Assembly: GCA_951406725.2 (NCBI GenBank)
Contig: OX597824.1
Coordinates: forward strand, 44,454,001-44,518,000
Direction: 5' to 3'
Length of the DNA: 64,000 nucleotides
Source: Octopus vulgaris
Lineage: Eukaryota
The notes under the pieces were generated by a model, which did not search any database, had not been told where the DNA came from, and saw nothing but the letters and a program-made list of their open reading frames with translations. Shown here piece after piece: positions 1-11,820 of this stretch. The translations under genes and the position numbers were made by a program. Position 1 is the stretch's first letter, and each line of letters opens with the position of its first letter.

Positions 1-172
1 CCAGGACATAATTAAGGAGAGATTTCACAACATAAACTAACAAAATTTAAATCAAAATATTCAAGTGGAATACGAACTGAGCAAATGCTAAGTTTCAAAA
101 TTTCAATCTGTGATGTAAAACAATGCTAATGTGGGAGGTGGTGGATTCAGTTGAGATGTAATACAGTAATAT

Positions 173-535
173 CTCTTTTTACTTGTTTCAGTCATTGGAC
201 TGTGACCATGCTGGTTTAGTTGAACAAATCCACTCCAGTACTTATTTTTTTAAAGCCTGGTACTTGTTCTATTGATCTCATTTGTTGAAATGCCAAGTGA
301 AGGAGACACAGACAAATCAACCCTGGTTGTCAAGCCATAGTGGGGGAACAACACAAACATAAAAAGACACACACATAATGGGCTCCTTTCAGTTTCTGTC
401 TACCAAATTCACTCACATGGCTTTGATTAGTTTGGGGCTATAGAAGACGCTTGCCTAAAGTTCCATGCAGTGGGACTAAATCCCAAACCATGTGGTTGGG
501 AAGCAAATATTTTACTATACAGACATGTCTGCACC
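173..535 (-). mobile_element. SINE, family 'B' (head ggcatggctgtgtggt...gttcagtcccactgc...ttgggcaagtgtcttctactatagc), diverged copy
   Basis: The same sequence recurs at about 835-1220, 2812-3270, 6250-6635, 15215-15378, 23860-24017, 27305-29078, 37630-37790, 44205-44520, 46720-47290 and 57310-57705. tRNA-like head with a B-box-like GGTTCAGTCCC. Confidence 0.8.
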
Positions 536-1468
536 TGTGGCATCTTTAAATCTAAACATATTTCCCCTTTGTAAGTGTGTACTGTAAAAACAATTGCTTC
601 AGTCACTCATGTAAATATATAAATCTGAAGTAGTATCATCCCAATATCCAGAATAGAGTGCAAAATTATGAATGCTTGAGCTATACAGTCTACAAATTTA
701 CAGTTGAAGGGAATAGTCAACAGAACTGACACCAGTACATCACTGGTATTATTTCACTGATAAGATACAAGAATAAAATGCAATCAATTCAATCAAATAT
801 ACTACATTGTGCAAATATGATTTTTTTTTTCCTTTTACTCATTTTAGTCATTGGACAGCAGCCATTGCACAACAGCCTTGAAAGATTTAGTCAAACAAAT
901 CAATCCCAGTACTTATTTTTAAGTCTGGTACTTATTCTATCAGTTCTATTGCCAAACCACTAAATTATAGGGATATAAACAAACCAACACTGATTGTTAA
1001 ACAGTGGAAGGGGGATAAACACACAGAGAAAGACACACATAGTCACATGTATATAAATATATACAACAGGCTTCCATACAGTTTTTGTTTACCAAATTCA
1101 CTTACAGGGCATTGGTCAGCTCAGGGCTATAGGAGAAGACACTTGCCTGAGGTGCTGTGCAGTGGGGCACAACCCAAAACCACATGGTTGCAAAGCAATC
1201 TTCTTAACCCCAAAGCCATACAGAATTTTCTTTTTCATTATTTTATGTTAACATACATAAGTTGATATGCATTCCTCTAAAATCAGAGCCACCATATTTG
1301 GTATATTCTTGTAAGTACAACGGTTTTACAGTTTTTGCTTCTCTTTCTCACATTTTACTGTTCATGCCACCAAATTAAACAATATTATTGATAAGGCGTT
1401 AAAATTGTGATGATTTTTGATCAATGACTGATGATGGATGAGTATGTTTATGTGGGGTTTATTTTTCA

Positions 1469-1571
1469 TTTTCCCAGATGGTCCTTTGTCATCCTCTTGT
1501 GCCACATTTTACTATATATAAAAATACAATAAAATGTGGTACAAGAGTACAATGAAGGACCATCAGGAAAA
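1469..1571. repeat. Imperfect inverted repeat / foldback with about 48 bp arms
   Basis: ttttcccagatggtcctttgtcatcctcttgtgccacattttactatat pairs with atacaataaaatgtggtacaagagtacaatgaaggaccatcaggaaaa. Confidence 0.75.
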
Positions 1572-1845
1572 ACTGTAAAAATAAAAAAAAAGAAAGAAAA
1601 ATAATGTGTGTATGTGCCTGTAAGTGTAAGTGTATTTCTTCCAGTTTTCTTGTAATTATTTACATCTGCAACAAAAGCATGCCCAACTATTGAGCAGCTT
1701 GTCATTCAAAAGATCAGGAGAAATAGCAGTTTACGTGGAAACAAGTGAGGAAGGGCATTGGCCATAGGGAAATTGCCTCAGTAAGTCTTGTATAACTCAT
1801 GTTAGAATGGAAAAAGCAGATGTTAAAATGATAGTGGTGGTTGTC

Positions 1846-1876
1846 GTGATGATGATGTTTGTGGTGGTGGTGGTGG

Positions 1877-1930
<54 letters not shown>

Positions 1931-1956
1931 CAAAGATGATAATAATGATGATGATG
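1846..1956. repeat. (GAT)n/(GGT)n microsatellite, tail of a degenerate retroposon
   Basis: Directly visible. Confidence 0.85.
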
Positions 1957-2811
1957 TTTACACCTAAATAATTTTTTGGCAGATTATTGCTTCCATAAGT
2001 AATGTTGAAAATATGATCACAGATTTTGGTTGAGGAATATTTCCAAAACTTGAATAGACTTCATGGTTTGTAATGTTAAGTTTAAAATACTACCGCCAAG
2101 ATTCTATTGTTTCCTATACTTCAAATGTCTCGTACACCTATCATCATAGATTTATTGAGAAGCTACACATACGAAAGCAAAAGAAAGAGGGGAAGGAGAA
2201 GAGCGAGAAAGAGAGAGGAGCAGGAGGGAGAGAAAGAAACTTTTGCACAGCAGCTGAAATCTGGAACTTTTTAAGTGCGTGTGTGAGAGTAGCTGGTGTA
2301 TTAAGATACATGAATGTTTGTGTGAGAACATATATTTACTTACATAAATAAACACACATACAATATTAAAAAGGTGTAAGTGGCATAAACATTCTTACAG
2401 AATACTAACATGTCTCAAAAATTATGTTTATATATTCAGACAAGCTTTTATTTTTTTTATCTTTCTCTTTTCCATCTGAATTTAATTTTGAGTGAAATAA
2501 AGGAAAAAATAGAAAAAAAGTTCAAAAAAAGATAGGAAAATAAATAAAAAGTAATAGATTGTTGTTTATTTTATTCTTAGGTGAGTTATGTTCTTTCAGG
2601 AAACAATTTTTACAATTTGACTTCACCTTAGAGAAACCAAATCTTTTAATAAGCCAGTGTAGTTTATTTCTGGTGATTCACCAGTAATGATGGAACAGAT
2701 GTAGATTTTTGGCAAAGTAACAGAAACTGAGAACTACATGAGTTGCATTAGACTAGGTTTAATTTGATGTAAATAAATAAATTAATTAATAAAAGGTACA
2801 GACAGAGGTAA

Positions 2812-3270
2812 GCACAGGTATGGCTGTGTGGTTAAAAAGTTCACTTCCCAACCACATGGTTTCAGGTTCAGTTCCACTGTGTGACATTTTGGGCAAGTGT
2901 CTTCTACTATAGCCCCAGATTGACCAAACCTTGTGAGTGGATTTGGTAGATAGAAACTGAAAGAAGTCCATTGGATATGAACATAGATATGTGTGTATGT
3001 GCGTGTGTGTGTGCATGCACATGTGCATGAATGCGTACATGTTTGCTTGTGCTTCTTTGTCTTGACATCGTGTGATAGTGGTTATAAACAAGCATCAACA
3101 TCACACAAATAAAGCACACCATTTCAAATCTTCCACGAAAACATGTCCAGCCATGGTGAAAAATTACGTCACTTGAAAACAACAAGAAGGGTATGTGGTC
3201 ATAGAAAATCTGCCTTAATGAAGTCCATCTGACCCATGCAAGTATGGAAAAGTGGATCTTAAAACAACGA
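2812..3270 (+). mobile_element. SINE family B, plus-strand copy with internal (TG)n and RTE-like 3' end
   Basis: gcacaggtatggctgtgtggttaaaaagttcacttcccaaccacatggtttcaggttcagttccactg..., ending acccatgcaagtatggaaaagtgga, similar to the RTE 3' terminus. Confidence 0.75.
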
Positions 3271-3585
3271 CAATGGCAATATGTGTGTGAGTGTGTGAAT
3301 GTATGTGTCTATATAATATATATAGGAAATGAATCAATGATGCATACTGGTTGAAAAAAAACTTAGGTTGTTGTTGTTTAACACCAGGCCATCTTTGACA
3401 GAGCAGACTTGTGATAACCATTCTATTATATTTTTAATCTAGACTAATGAGTTCTCTTTTGTTTTTCTAAGGCAGTAGATTGTGAAAGATTTGGTTGAAA
3501 AATCTCATGGAGACACCTTGTTGGTCGAGAGATGTCTTCTCAGTGGTAGAGCTATACTGAGGAAAAGAAGAGATCAGAAGTACAA

Positions 3586-3734
3586 AGATAGGGATCTCAC
3601 ACAGGGGAAATTATAAATTTAATCAGGTTACTGAAAACATATTCCATAAGCAGTACAGTAAATATTTTCAAATTTGTCCAAGCAAAGATGCTACAGTGGA
3701 AAATTGAGTGCTAAATGATGAAGATATTGAGAAT

Positions 3735-3773
<39 letters not shown>

Positions 3774-4029
3774 AAACAGAAAATTCATAGCAATTTCATC
3801 ACCAGCTACAGGAGTGTGACTCCATTTTTTTGAAGACAACAGAGTGTGATCTGAAGGAAATTCAGTTGCTATTTCTAGCAAGTCAAACAACTATACAGAG
3901 GTTCCCTTGCTAGCTTGTTGCTGAAGTAGTAGTCTTAATAGATAGAGAACTCACACAGGGAAAATCATAAATTTAATTGGGTTACTGAAAACATATTCCA
4001 TAAGCAGTACAGTAAATATTTTCAAATTT
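3586..4029. repeat. About 90 bp direct repeat (3586-3675 and 3940-4029)
   Basis: ctcacacaggg(g/a)aa(t/a)...ggttactgaaaacatattccataagcagtacagtaaatattttcaaattt occurs twice, 354 bp apart. Confidence 0.85.
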
Positions 4030-4257
4030 ATTTTAAAATGTAGCATATGGTTTTACAGGTGGTTTATTTACAGAATTTTGACAGAAAATATTGCTACTTA
4101 ACAAGGGGTTGCCTTGACTTGAGCCCTCAACTCCAATGAGAGTTGAAGGCAAACCGTCATGACATACAATATGTGTTGGGTACTTTTTCAGACCTGGCAG
4201 ATCCCTTCCTTCTCTAGGTTTAACCACAGTCAGAGTTAATCACTGAACCTATGAGAA

Positions 4258-4461
<204 letters not shown>

Positions 4462-4996
4462 TAAATAATCCTAGGATATAGCTAAAATTTTATTTATCAA
4501 CTCCGAAAGGATGAAAAGCAAAGCTGACCCCAGTGCTACATGAACTCAGAATTCAGAGAGCTTGAATGAAATCAAGGTAATCAATCTATCTGATGTAACA
4601 ATGTCGCCATTCACCAGTCACTTAGAAGTCGGTTCATAGTTGAATAATATTTAAAGAATAAGGGTAAAAATCATGTATGTATACATTAAAGAACACGATA
4701 TAATTTAAAACATGAGAAAATAAGACAACATCAAAACACATAGAGTTATGGAAGTTAGCAGTTTGGAATGGCTATTTGATCTGAAAAAGTTGATGAGCAA
4801 TTGCTGTAAGTCCTTCTTTGCCTAAGCTCTGATTCTAGGTTGTTATTTATACTTGCAAATATGTTTCCAAGTATTCACACAATAATCTCAAAACTTCCAG
4901 TACTTTATGAATTCTGAGAATTCAATCCATAAGTGAGTCATTAAAAAATGCTAGAATTTTCTACAGTTTACTTATAAGATGTTGTCTTAGTTTTAA

Positions 4997-5215
4997 CCCT
5001 TTAGCATTTAAAGTGGCCATATTCAGCCAAAATATTTTACCTGTTTTATGTTCAAATCAATCAGATCTAGACTCTTATGCTTCCCTAAAATGTCATTCTA
5101 AAACTAAACAATCATATCATCAAAATCTCAAAGCTACGAGATAATACATGACTAATTTTAGAAAATGTGAATGAATAAGCATTACACTTGGCAAAATAAT
5201 CTGGATGCTAAAGGG
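4997..5215. mobile_element. piggyBac-type MITE
   Basis: TTAA|ccctttagcat ... atgctaaaggg|TTAA: TIRs with CCC ends and TTAA target duplication. Further copies at about 42899-43116 and, reversed, about 47781-47995. Confidence 0.85.
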
Positions 5216-5330
5216 TTAATGAAGACATTATGACCTTTTAGCTTGCATCTTGGAAAATCTTAAATAAGAAAGAAGATATAAATGCATTTAAAGTTAATGA
5301 AGCTGATGATCATAAGCTCCTGACTCTTAA

Positions 5331-5558
5331 GGTGGTGAGCTGGTAGAACCATTAACACGCTGGGTGAAATGCGTAGCCGTATTTCGTCTGCCGTTATGTT
5401 CCGAGTTCAAATTCTGCTGAGGTCGACTTTGCCTTTCATCCTTTTGGGGTCGATTAATTAAGTACCAGTTATGCACTGGAGTCAATGTAATCGACTTAAT
5501 CCGTTTGTCTGTCCTTGTTTGTCCCCTCTATGTTTAGCCCCTTGTGGGTAATAAAGAA
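5331..5558 (+). mobile_element. SINE family 'A' (tRNA-like head, Nin/Deu-like central gtcgactttgcctttcatcc...aagtacca)
   Basis: Full copy with a 17-bp TSD cataagct(c/t)ctgactct at 5311-5327 and 5562-5578. Confidence 0.88.
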
Positions 5559-5653
5559 GCACATAAGCTTCTGACTCTACAATGTGTATTGAGAACTTTT
5601 TGCCTGTTTGTACTCACAAATGTGGTGTATTTAATGTCATAAATTGAACCAAC

Positions 5654-5776
5654 CTCCAGCCAATCCTCCAGCTTCTTCAGGTAGCTGACACATCAAACTA
5701 AGCTGAAGGCAGAGTTGTGTCTTACCACATGCACTTTCACCAACAATTTCTGTGATTCCTCGAGAAATAAAGCCTC
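5654..5776 (-). CDS. XRCC3: XRCC3 internal coding exon containing Walker A (GGFISRGITEIVGESACGKTQLCLQLSLMCQLPEEAGGLAGG)
   Basis: Manual minus-strand translation. 123 bp, acceptor ttttttcctaaacAG, donor GTtggt, phase 1/1. Matches human XRCC3 [42 protein letters not shown] as recalled. Confidence 0.93.
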
Positions 5777-6759
5777 CTGTTTAGGAAAAAAAAAATTAAA
5801 GAAATTCTTTACAATAAAGAAGAAAAAAACATAGAGATTTAATCAATCAAAACTCATCTAATGTAAGTATGATAAATACAAGTAGTTATCAAATATCCAC
5901 TTTTTTAAAATTAATTTTTCTTACCTTAATTGTAAGTATTTATTCACATGTTATCCTAATTAACTTAAAATATGCAGCTAATAGAAGTTGTTTCTTTCCC
6001 AAAGACATTAGTAACATAAGTGAAGTGAAATGAGGCAGAAAATAAAACTGTATTGCAGACTGAGATCACTATGAATGTGCTGCTAATAAGTGTATAGTAC
6101 TCAATAATCAACCCATAAACATCATACAAACCACAGGTTAGCATCATACAATGTTCTTTCTTGTGGCTCATAATACTTGGCTGAAAATTAGGGATTTAGA
6201 CAACTGAATAAAAATAATAATGGCTTGGTTGTAAAGGGCTATTTTTTATTCTTTTATTTGTTTCAGTGATTGGTATGTGGCTATACTAGGGTATTGCCTT
6301 GAAGAGTTTAGCCAAACAAATCAACTCCAGTACTTACTTTTAAGCCAGGCACTTATATTCTATTGGTCTCATTTGTTGAACCACTAAGTTATAGGGACAT
6401 AAACAGATCAATACCAGGTGTCTAGTGCTGGTGGTGTGGGGACAAATACAAAAACGCACACATATATATACAATGGACTTCTACACAATTTCTCTCTACC
6501 AAATTCACTCACAAAGTATTTGCTGGTCCAGAGCTAGTAGGAAACACTTGCCCGAAGTGCTGCATGATGGGCCTGAACCCAAAACCATATGGTTTGAAAG
6601 TGAACTTCTTAACCACAAAAATCATACCTGCACCTAGGTTTATAATTTTTTTTTTTAACTAGATATAACACATGGGGTACATTGAATTAAAATGTCTTTA
6701 GTATATTATCAGTGTTTACTGAGCCATCGTGTATGTAGTCAATATACAATATTAAATAA

Positions 6760-7179
6760 GGTGGCGAGCTGGCAGAAATGTTAGAATGCCGGATGAAATG
6801 CTTAGAGGTATTTCGTCTGTCTTTATGTTCTGAATTCAAATTCTGCTGACGTCGACTTTGCCTTTCATCCTTTTGGGGTTGGTAAATTAAGTACCAGTTG
6901 CATACTGGGGTCAATCTAATCGACTGGCCCATTCCCCAAAGATTTCAGGCCTTGAGTAGAAAAGAATATACAATATTAAATAAGGTGGCAAGCTAGCAGA
7001 ATCATTAGCATGCTGGGCAAAATGCTTAGTGGCATTTTATCTGTCTTTATGTATTGAGTTCAACTTTGCCTTTCATCATCCCAGGGTCAATAAAATAAGT
7101 ACTAGTTGAGCATTAGGGTTGATGTAATCGATTTATCTCCTCTCCCAAAATTGCTGGCCTCATGCTAAAATTTGAAACC
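6760..7179 (+). mobile_element. Two family A SINEs in tandem
   Basis: Heads ggtggcgagctggcag (6760) and ggtggcaagctagcag (6984). The target aatatacaatattaaataa occurs three times (6741, 6965, 7180). Confidence 0.85.
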
Positions 7180-10100
7180 AATATACAATATTAAATAATT
7201 ATTACAAAAAGCACCATATACACTCATTTTAACCACTGTTAACATCAGTAAAGCTTTTGATTCCAATCCATGCTACTCACTTGTAAACAAAATATTAAAC
7301 ATCTATTTAAAAAACAACACACAATTGTGAATTGGCAAACTGTCTCTTTGTTACCAAACTTAAGAATCATATAATGACAACTGACGTAGAATCTGTAATT
7401 TCACAAACTGAATATTTTAAAGACTTCTTCTATCAAACACTCTTTTCAACTTGTACCTATATCTTAAACTTCCCGTTGTCTGAGTCTGTTGCAATGCTAG
7501 CCAGATTTTGAACATAAAAACAGGTTGTACAGTAAACTAGAGAAAATATACACTGACAACCACCCTACATATCATATAGTATAACCAGACTAATACTACA
7601 CAGTTAAACAGTGCATGGAGTGTGCAGCAGGGTCCCATAACATATCTGGTGTGCTGAACTTATTGGGTGCGTCTAATCAGTAGATTGGTGTCTAGAGAAG
7701 AGTTATCTTTTTGATTTGTTTCATGCCATGAAACCAGAACTAAGCAGTAGCTTATTAGAGCTCCTTGGAGCTTAGAAGATATTTCAGATATGTTTATATA
7801 AATGACTTCTTACATCAACTATATCTATTTACAGACGGCTGAATTAGCTAACTGGGAACTGTGTCTTTGGCAATAAAAAACAAACAAACAAAACAGTTAG
7901 TGAACAACACTACTGATACTTTGGTCACTAAGTTAGTTCCCAATATACTGGATTCGTAGTTAAGAATGAAAACACAACAAAAATATATAGTGCTACTAAA
8001 CTAAACATAGCCTGAGCCACTAAGATCAAACTTATATGAGAGATAAGATAACCACTACACAAATGACAAGGTTGAAACTTATCTCCAAATTCTGCAGTAT
8101 TAAATACATGAGAGATAAATTTCTCTCAAGATAGTATGCTAATAAATAACAGACAACATTCTTAAGAAAGAAAAAATATCAAAAAATAAAAATAAAACAA
8201 GATTGGATCTCTTTCTTTAGTTAAATCGACGGAGGCATACAGAAATAAGTATAACTCCGTAACAGAAATCTTATTGGGCAAAAAGTGAAGCATTAAAAAA
8301 AAAATGCTTGCAGTGTGATCTGTATATAATATCCATGGGTCACTAACCAAAAGCTGTATTCATCTGGCTATTTTACATATGATATTTGAGGTGACCATTC
8401 AACAATAAAATGATTGAGAAAGGAGAATACCTCTCCTATTAGCCCCATCACCACCACATTTGTTCAAGTTAAACATTAACCATATCAAATCCACCAATCT
8501 GGAAGGTGGGGGTCTGCTATTATTAATAATTATGCCAATGAAAATAATCATGATAAAAACCACGAGGAGGGAATAATAATGTAAGTGATGAAGAATCAAT
8601 ACTAAAATGTCATCACCTTCCTATTGCTGAGCTGACCACCATCAAGTAACAAATAACAGCATCTCATCTCAAAATTAGTTTCTAGTACATTCCTTGCAAT
8701 CTTTACCTGTTGATTGATAGAAATTCTGCAGCTGAGAACAGATATGAAGGAAAATCTGGAGCCATACTTATGCACACACACAATCTATAAATGGATGCTA
8801 CAGCTGTTCTAAAAGGAACAGTTCAGCGACATCAGACTGTATTTCTAACAATTGAGGGATTGGATGAGGGTGAAAAAGGAGGAAGGAGCCACAATGTGAG
8901 TAAATCTAAAATGTAAATCTCTGCTAAGCCTTGAGGGGCTTTAAAGAGGCTGAGTGCAGTTCAATGGCATTAAGTATAAAAGAGACAATATACCTCACTG
9001 GATTGAATACTAACCTATTGCACGTTATATTCCCAGATGACTTCGTAAATGAAATATTTACCAGATCATCTTGGCAAACTCTAGCTAGTAGAATTTAGTG
9101 TGCTGCCAGGCACTCAAATATGACTTTCTGTAATGAATTTAAAAGACTTTTGAGCTTTATAGCCCCAAACCAATAATTTTTCTTCTATGAGGTATGTGAA
9201 TAGGGTATTTGAACAATTAGATTGAGAAATGAAACCCCAACAACAACAACAATAATAATAATTTCTTTTATTACAGGACATTATAAAGACAGGTAATATA
9301 ACATGGGAGTTTACACAGAACCCCACCTACCAAATGTGATAAAAAAACATGCATTACATACAAGTAATTAATGATACAAGAGGATTTCCAGCAAAGGCTA
9401 ATTAAGGAACCCCACAGAATCAGGATCACCCAGACCACCAAGGGAAAGCACTCTCTCCCAAGTATCAGTCCTTAACTTACATACTGAAAGTAGACCTATT
9501 CATTCTTACAATTTCATTGGAGATAAGCACCACCCTCTCCATCTTCACTTTCTTTTACAAATGAAACTGGAAAAGTTGATAACTTGACTGAAGATGAAAG
9601 AGTCAGTCTTCAGTCCTTTCAGCCTCATCCAGCACACAGTCTCTATTGACAGAGGAAAGCTAACTGCCCTTCCAGTTAAAAAAAGGTAGCAAGGTGATCT
9701 TCACAATGGATTTGGTTGATAGATGGATTCATCCTACATGTAATAACAGCTGTTCAACAAGTCAGTATGCTCAACAAGTATTTGTAGTTTGGTTTTGTTA
9801 CCTTGCATGCATCTCTGATAGGTCTATCTGATGGTACTTCTGCACTTGTAGAGTCGATCACAAACCAGTAGTGCTCCTTCATAACACTGTCAAGCCAAGA
9901 GTTTCTAGGAGCTAACTATAGTTTTCACTTTGAAAGTCTTCCAGTACATACATATGAGCTCATTTTTGTTGATGCCTAGGGAATGTCTGTCATAAAACAT
10001 CAATACAAGGAGTTACATGAACATATATGTTCAACCTTGCAAGAGGAAAAAGACACACACACAAGATATACATAAGGTAAAATAAAAAGCATCTAGGGAA

Positions 10101-11765
10101 ACTAGTAGTGGGCAAAACTGGTTTTATTGGTAAAATATAAAGTTTTATTAGTTCACATGCACTTTGGAGACTTAATCTGTCATGTGGTCTAATACCACCG
10201 TTTATTCCTTGGATGCCTTTAGCAGGGTCTGCTCTAATGCAAGCATTAGAACCAGGTTCTCATCAGAGGATAACACAATATTTTGTTACACCATTTTCTA
10301 TAGCACATTTATTGCAAAGTGGTACTGTTCTTTAGAAGGTACTGGTGTGAATGATTTCTCCAGCAGATGACTGCTACAAGATATAACAGAAGTCCAGCTC
10401 AGTAAGTAATGCCTCAGGAAGCTTCCCCATGTACTAGCAAATCCATCTGTGATCACCTACTTCTAATTGGGTTATTTACAGAATTAAAGCAGTGACCACT
10501 TCCCTTCTTTCCTCCACCAGTTTCACCAGTCCAGCAAAAGTCCTAAGAGCTGCCCTACTGTCTTTGACTTAAGCCATAACAAAAAATTAGAAATGGCTTT
10601 TTGTGTGTAACATGAGTTTAGATGAACTGTTATGAACAACGCATCAATCTAAATTGTTATGATGGCAGTCCTAACATGCATTCTGGCCTAACACTCATGT
10701 CCTTTACACAATTCAAAACTTCTTACATAATCTGTGATCATTTGTTTGCAGTTGGAACGTTTTATTTACATAGCTAAATAATTATCAAATGGACAGTTAA
10801 GCTCTGAAATTCTTTAAGATGTGTTTGTTTTGATGTTTTCTCTTTGACACCAACCCTTGCTTTTTATTTAAGTTGTAGGGTTGCATTACATGGTTAAACT
10901 GTTCAGTTAAGCAATGGCTGCACCTTCTTTATCATTCAATATATGGCCCTGTATTATTGATTACCAATCAGTTTACTGAAAAGCAATTAATTTCACAGAA
11001 ATATGTATTTGGACAACTTCATTTTGTTAATTTTGATTTAAAAACAATAAGCAGCAAAGGTATTCTCTTCTTCCCTGATATAATGTGTATCCTGCTTATT
11101 GTATTTTGCTAAATTTCTGCAAGCGTTTATCATCAAGGGGCAGTCATTAGTTTTAGTTTCTCAAATAACCTGCAATATCGTGTCTGCAGAGTTAGAATCA
11201 AGAAGTTTTATTTCAAATGCTTGATTTCATATATTTAGTATAAGACCTCAGTATTTTTAGATTGGATCCAGAAAAGCTGACAACATTTGTTTTCTTAATA
11301 TCTGTATTTTTAAAAACCTTTCAAACTTTGGGCATCTAAACAGAATTGATTGCAATGTGTAATTGCTTTGTTTAAGTTTTTAGCTAACTTCTTAATTACG
11401 TTTAGTAAGTGAATAGAAGTTGTTTTTTATTATGTATATGTTAGCTGCCTACTGAATTACTTATTTGACTGCCATTTACTGGTAGGGAGATCAAGAATGA
11501 AGCTGAGAAAATTAATGAAAGGTAAATTCAAAATTCAATCTCTGCCACTTCAAGAACAAGTCTAGCAATTACAGTAAACAAAACAATGGCACACAGTGGT
11601 TACATATATGGTTGTGCAGTTCAGTTTACTTTGTAACCACATGGTTCCAGGTTCAATCCCATAGCAGAGCAACTTGGACAAATGTTATCCACTATGGCCT
11701 CATGATGACCAATGCATTGAGGATGGAACTTGATGCATGTTTACCATGCAGAAATGTTGTTGTTG

Positions 11766-11820
<55 letters not shown>

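Noticed and set aside
5965-6181. Possible XRCC3 exon (PSIMSHKKEHCMMLTCG) with a good acceptor
   Set aside because: Wrong phase, and the 27106-27198 exon already supplies the homologous segment.
7230-7800. Possible ancient LINE RT (ISKAFDS-like)
   Set aside because: Only one motif recognisable; boundaries undefined.
9586-9615. CTGAAGA..GAAA inside a small hairpin
   Set aside because: No room for stem II, and the core is sequestered in the hairpin; not a hammerhead.
10440-11560. Possible decayed hAT transposase on the minus strand (LSAFLDP at about 11260-11285)
   Set aside because: Single short motif, no TIRs found.
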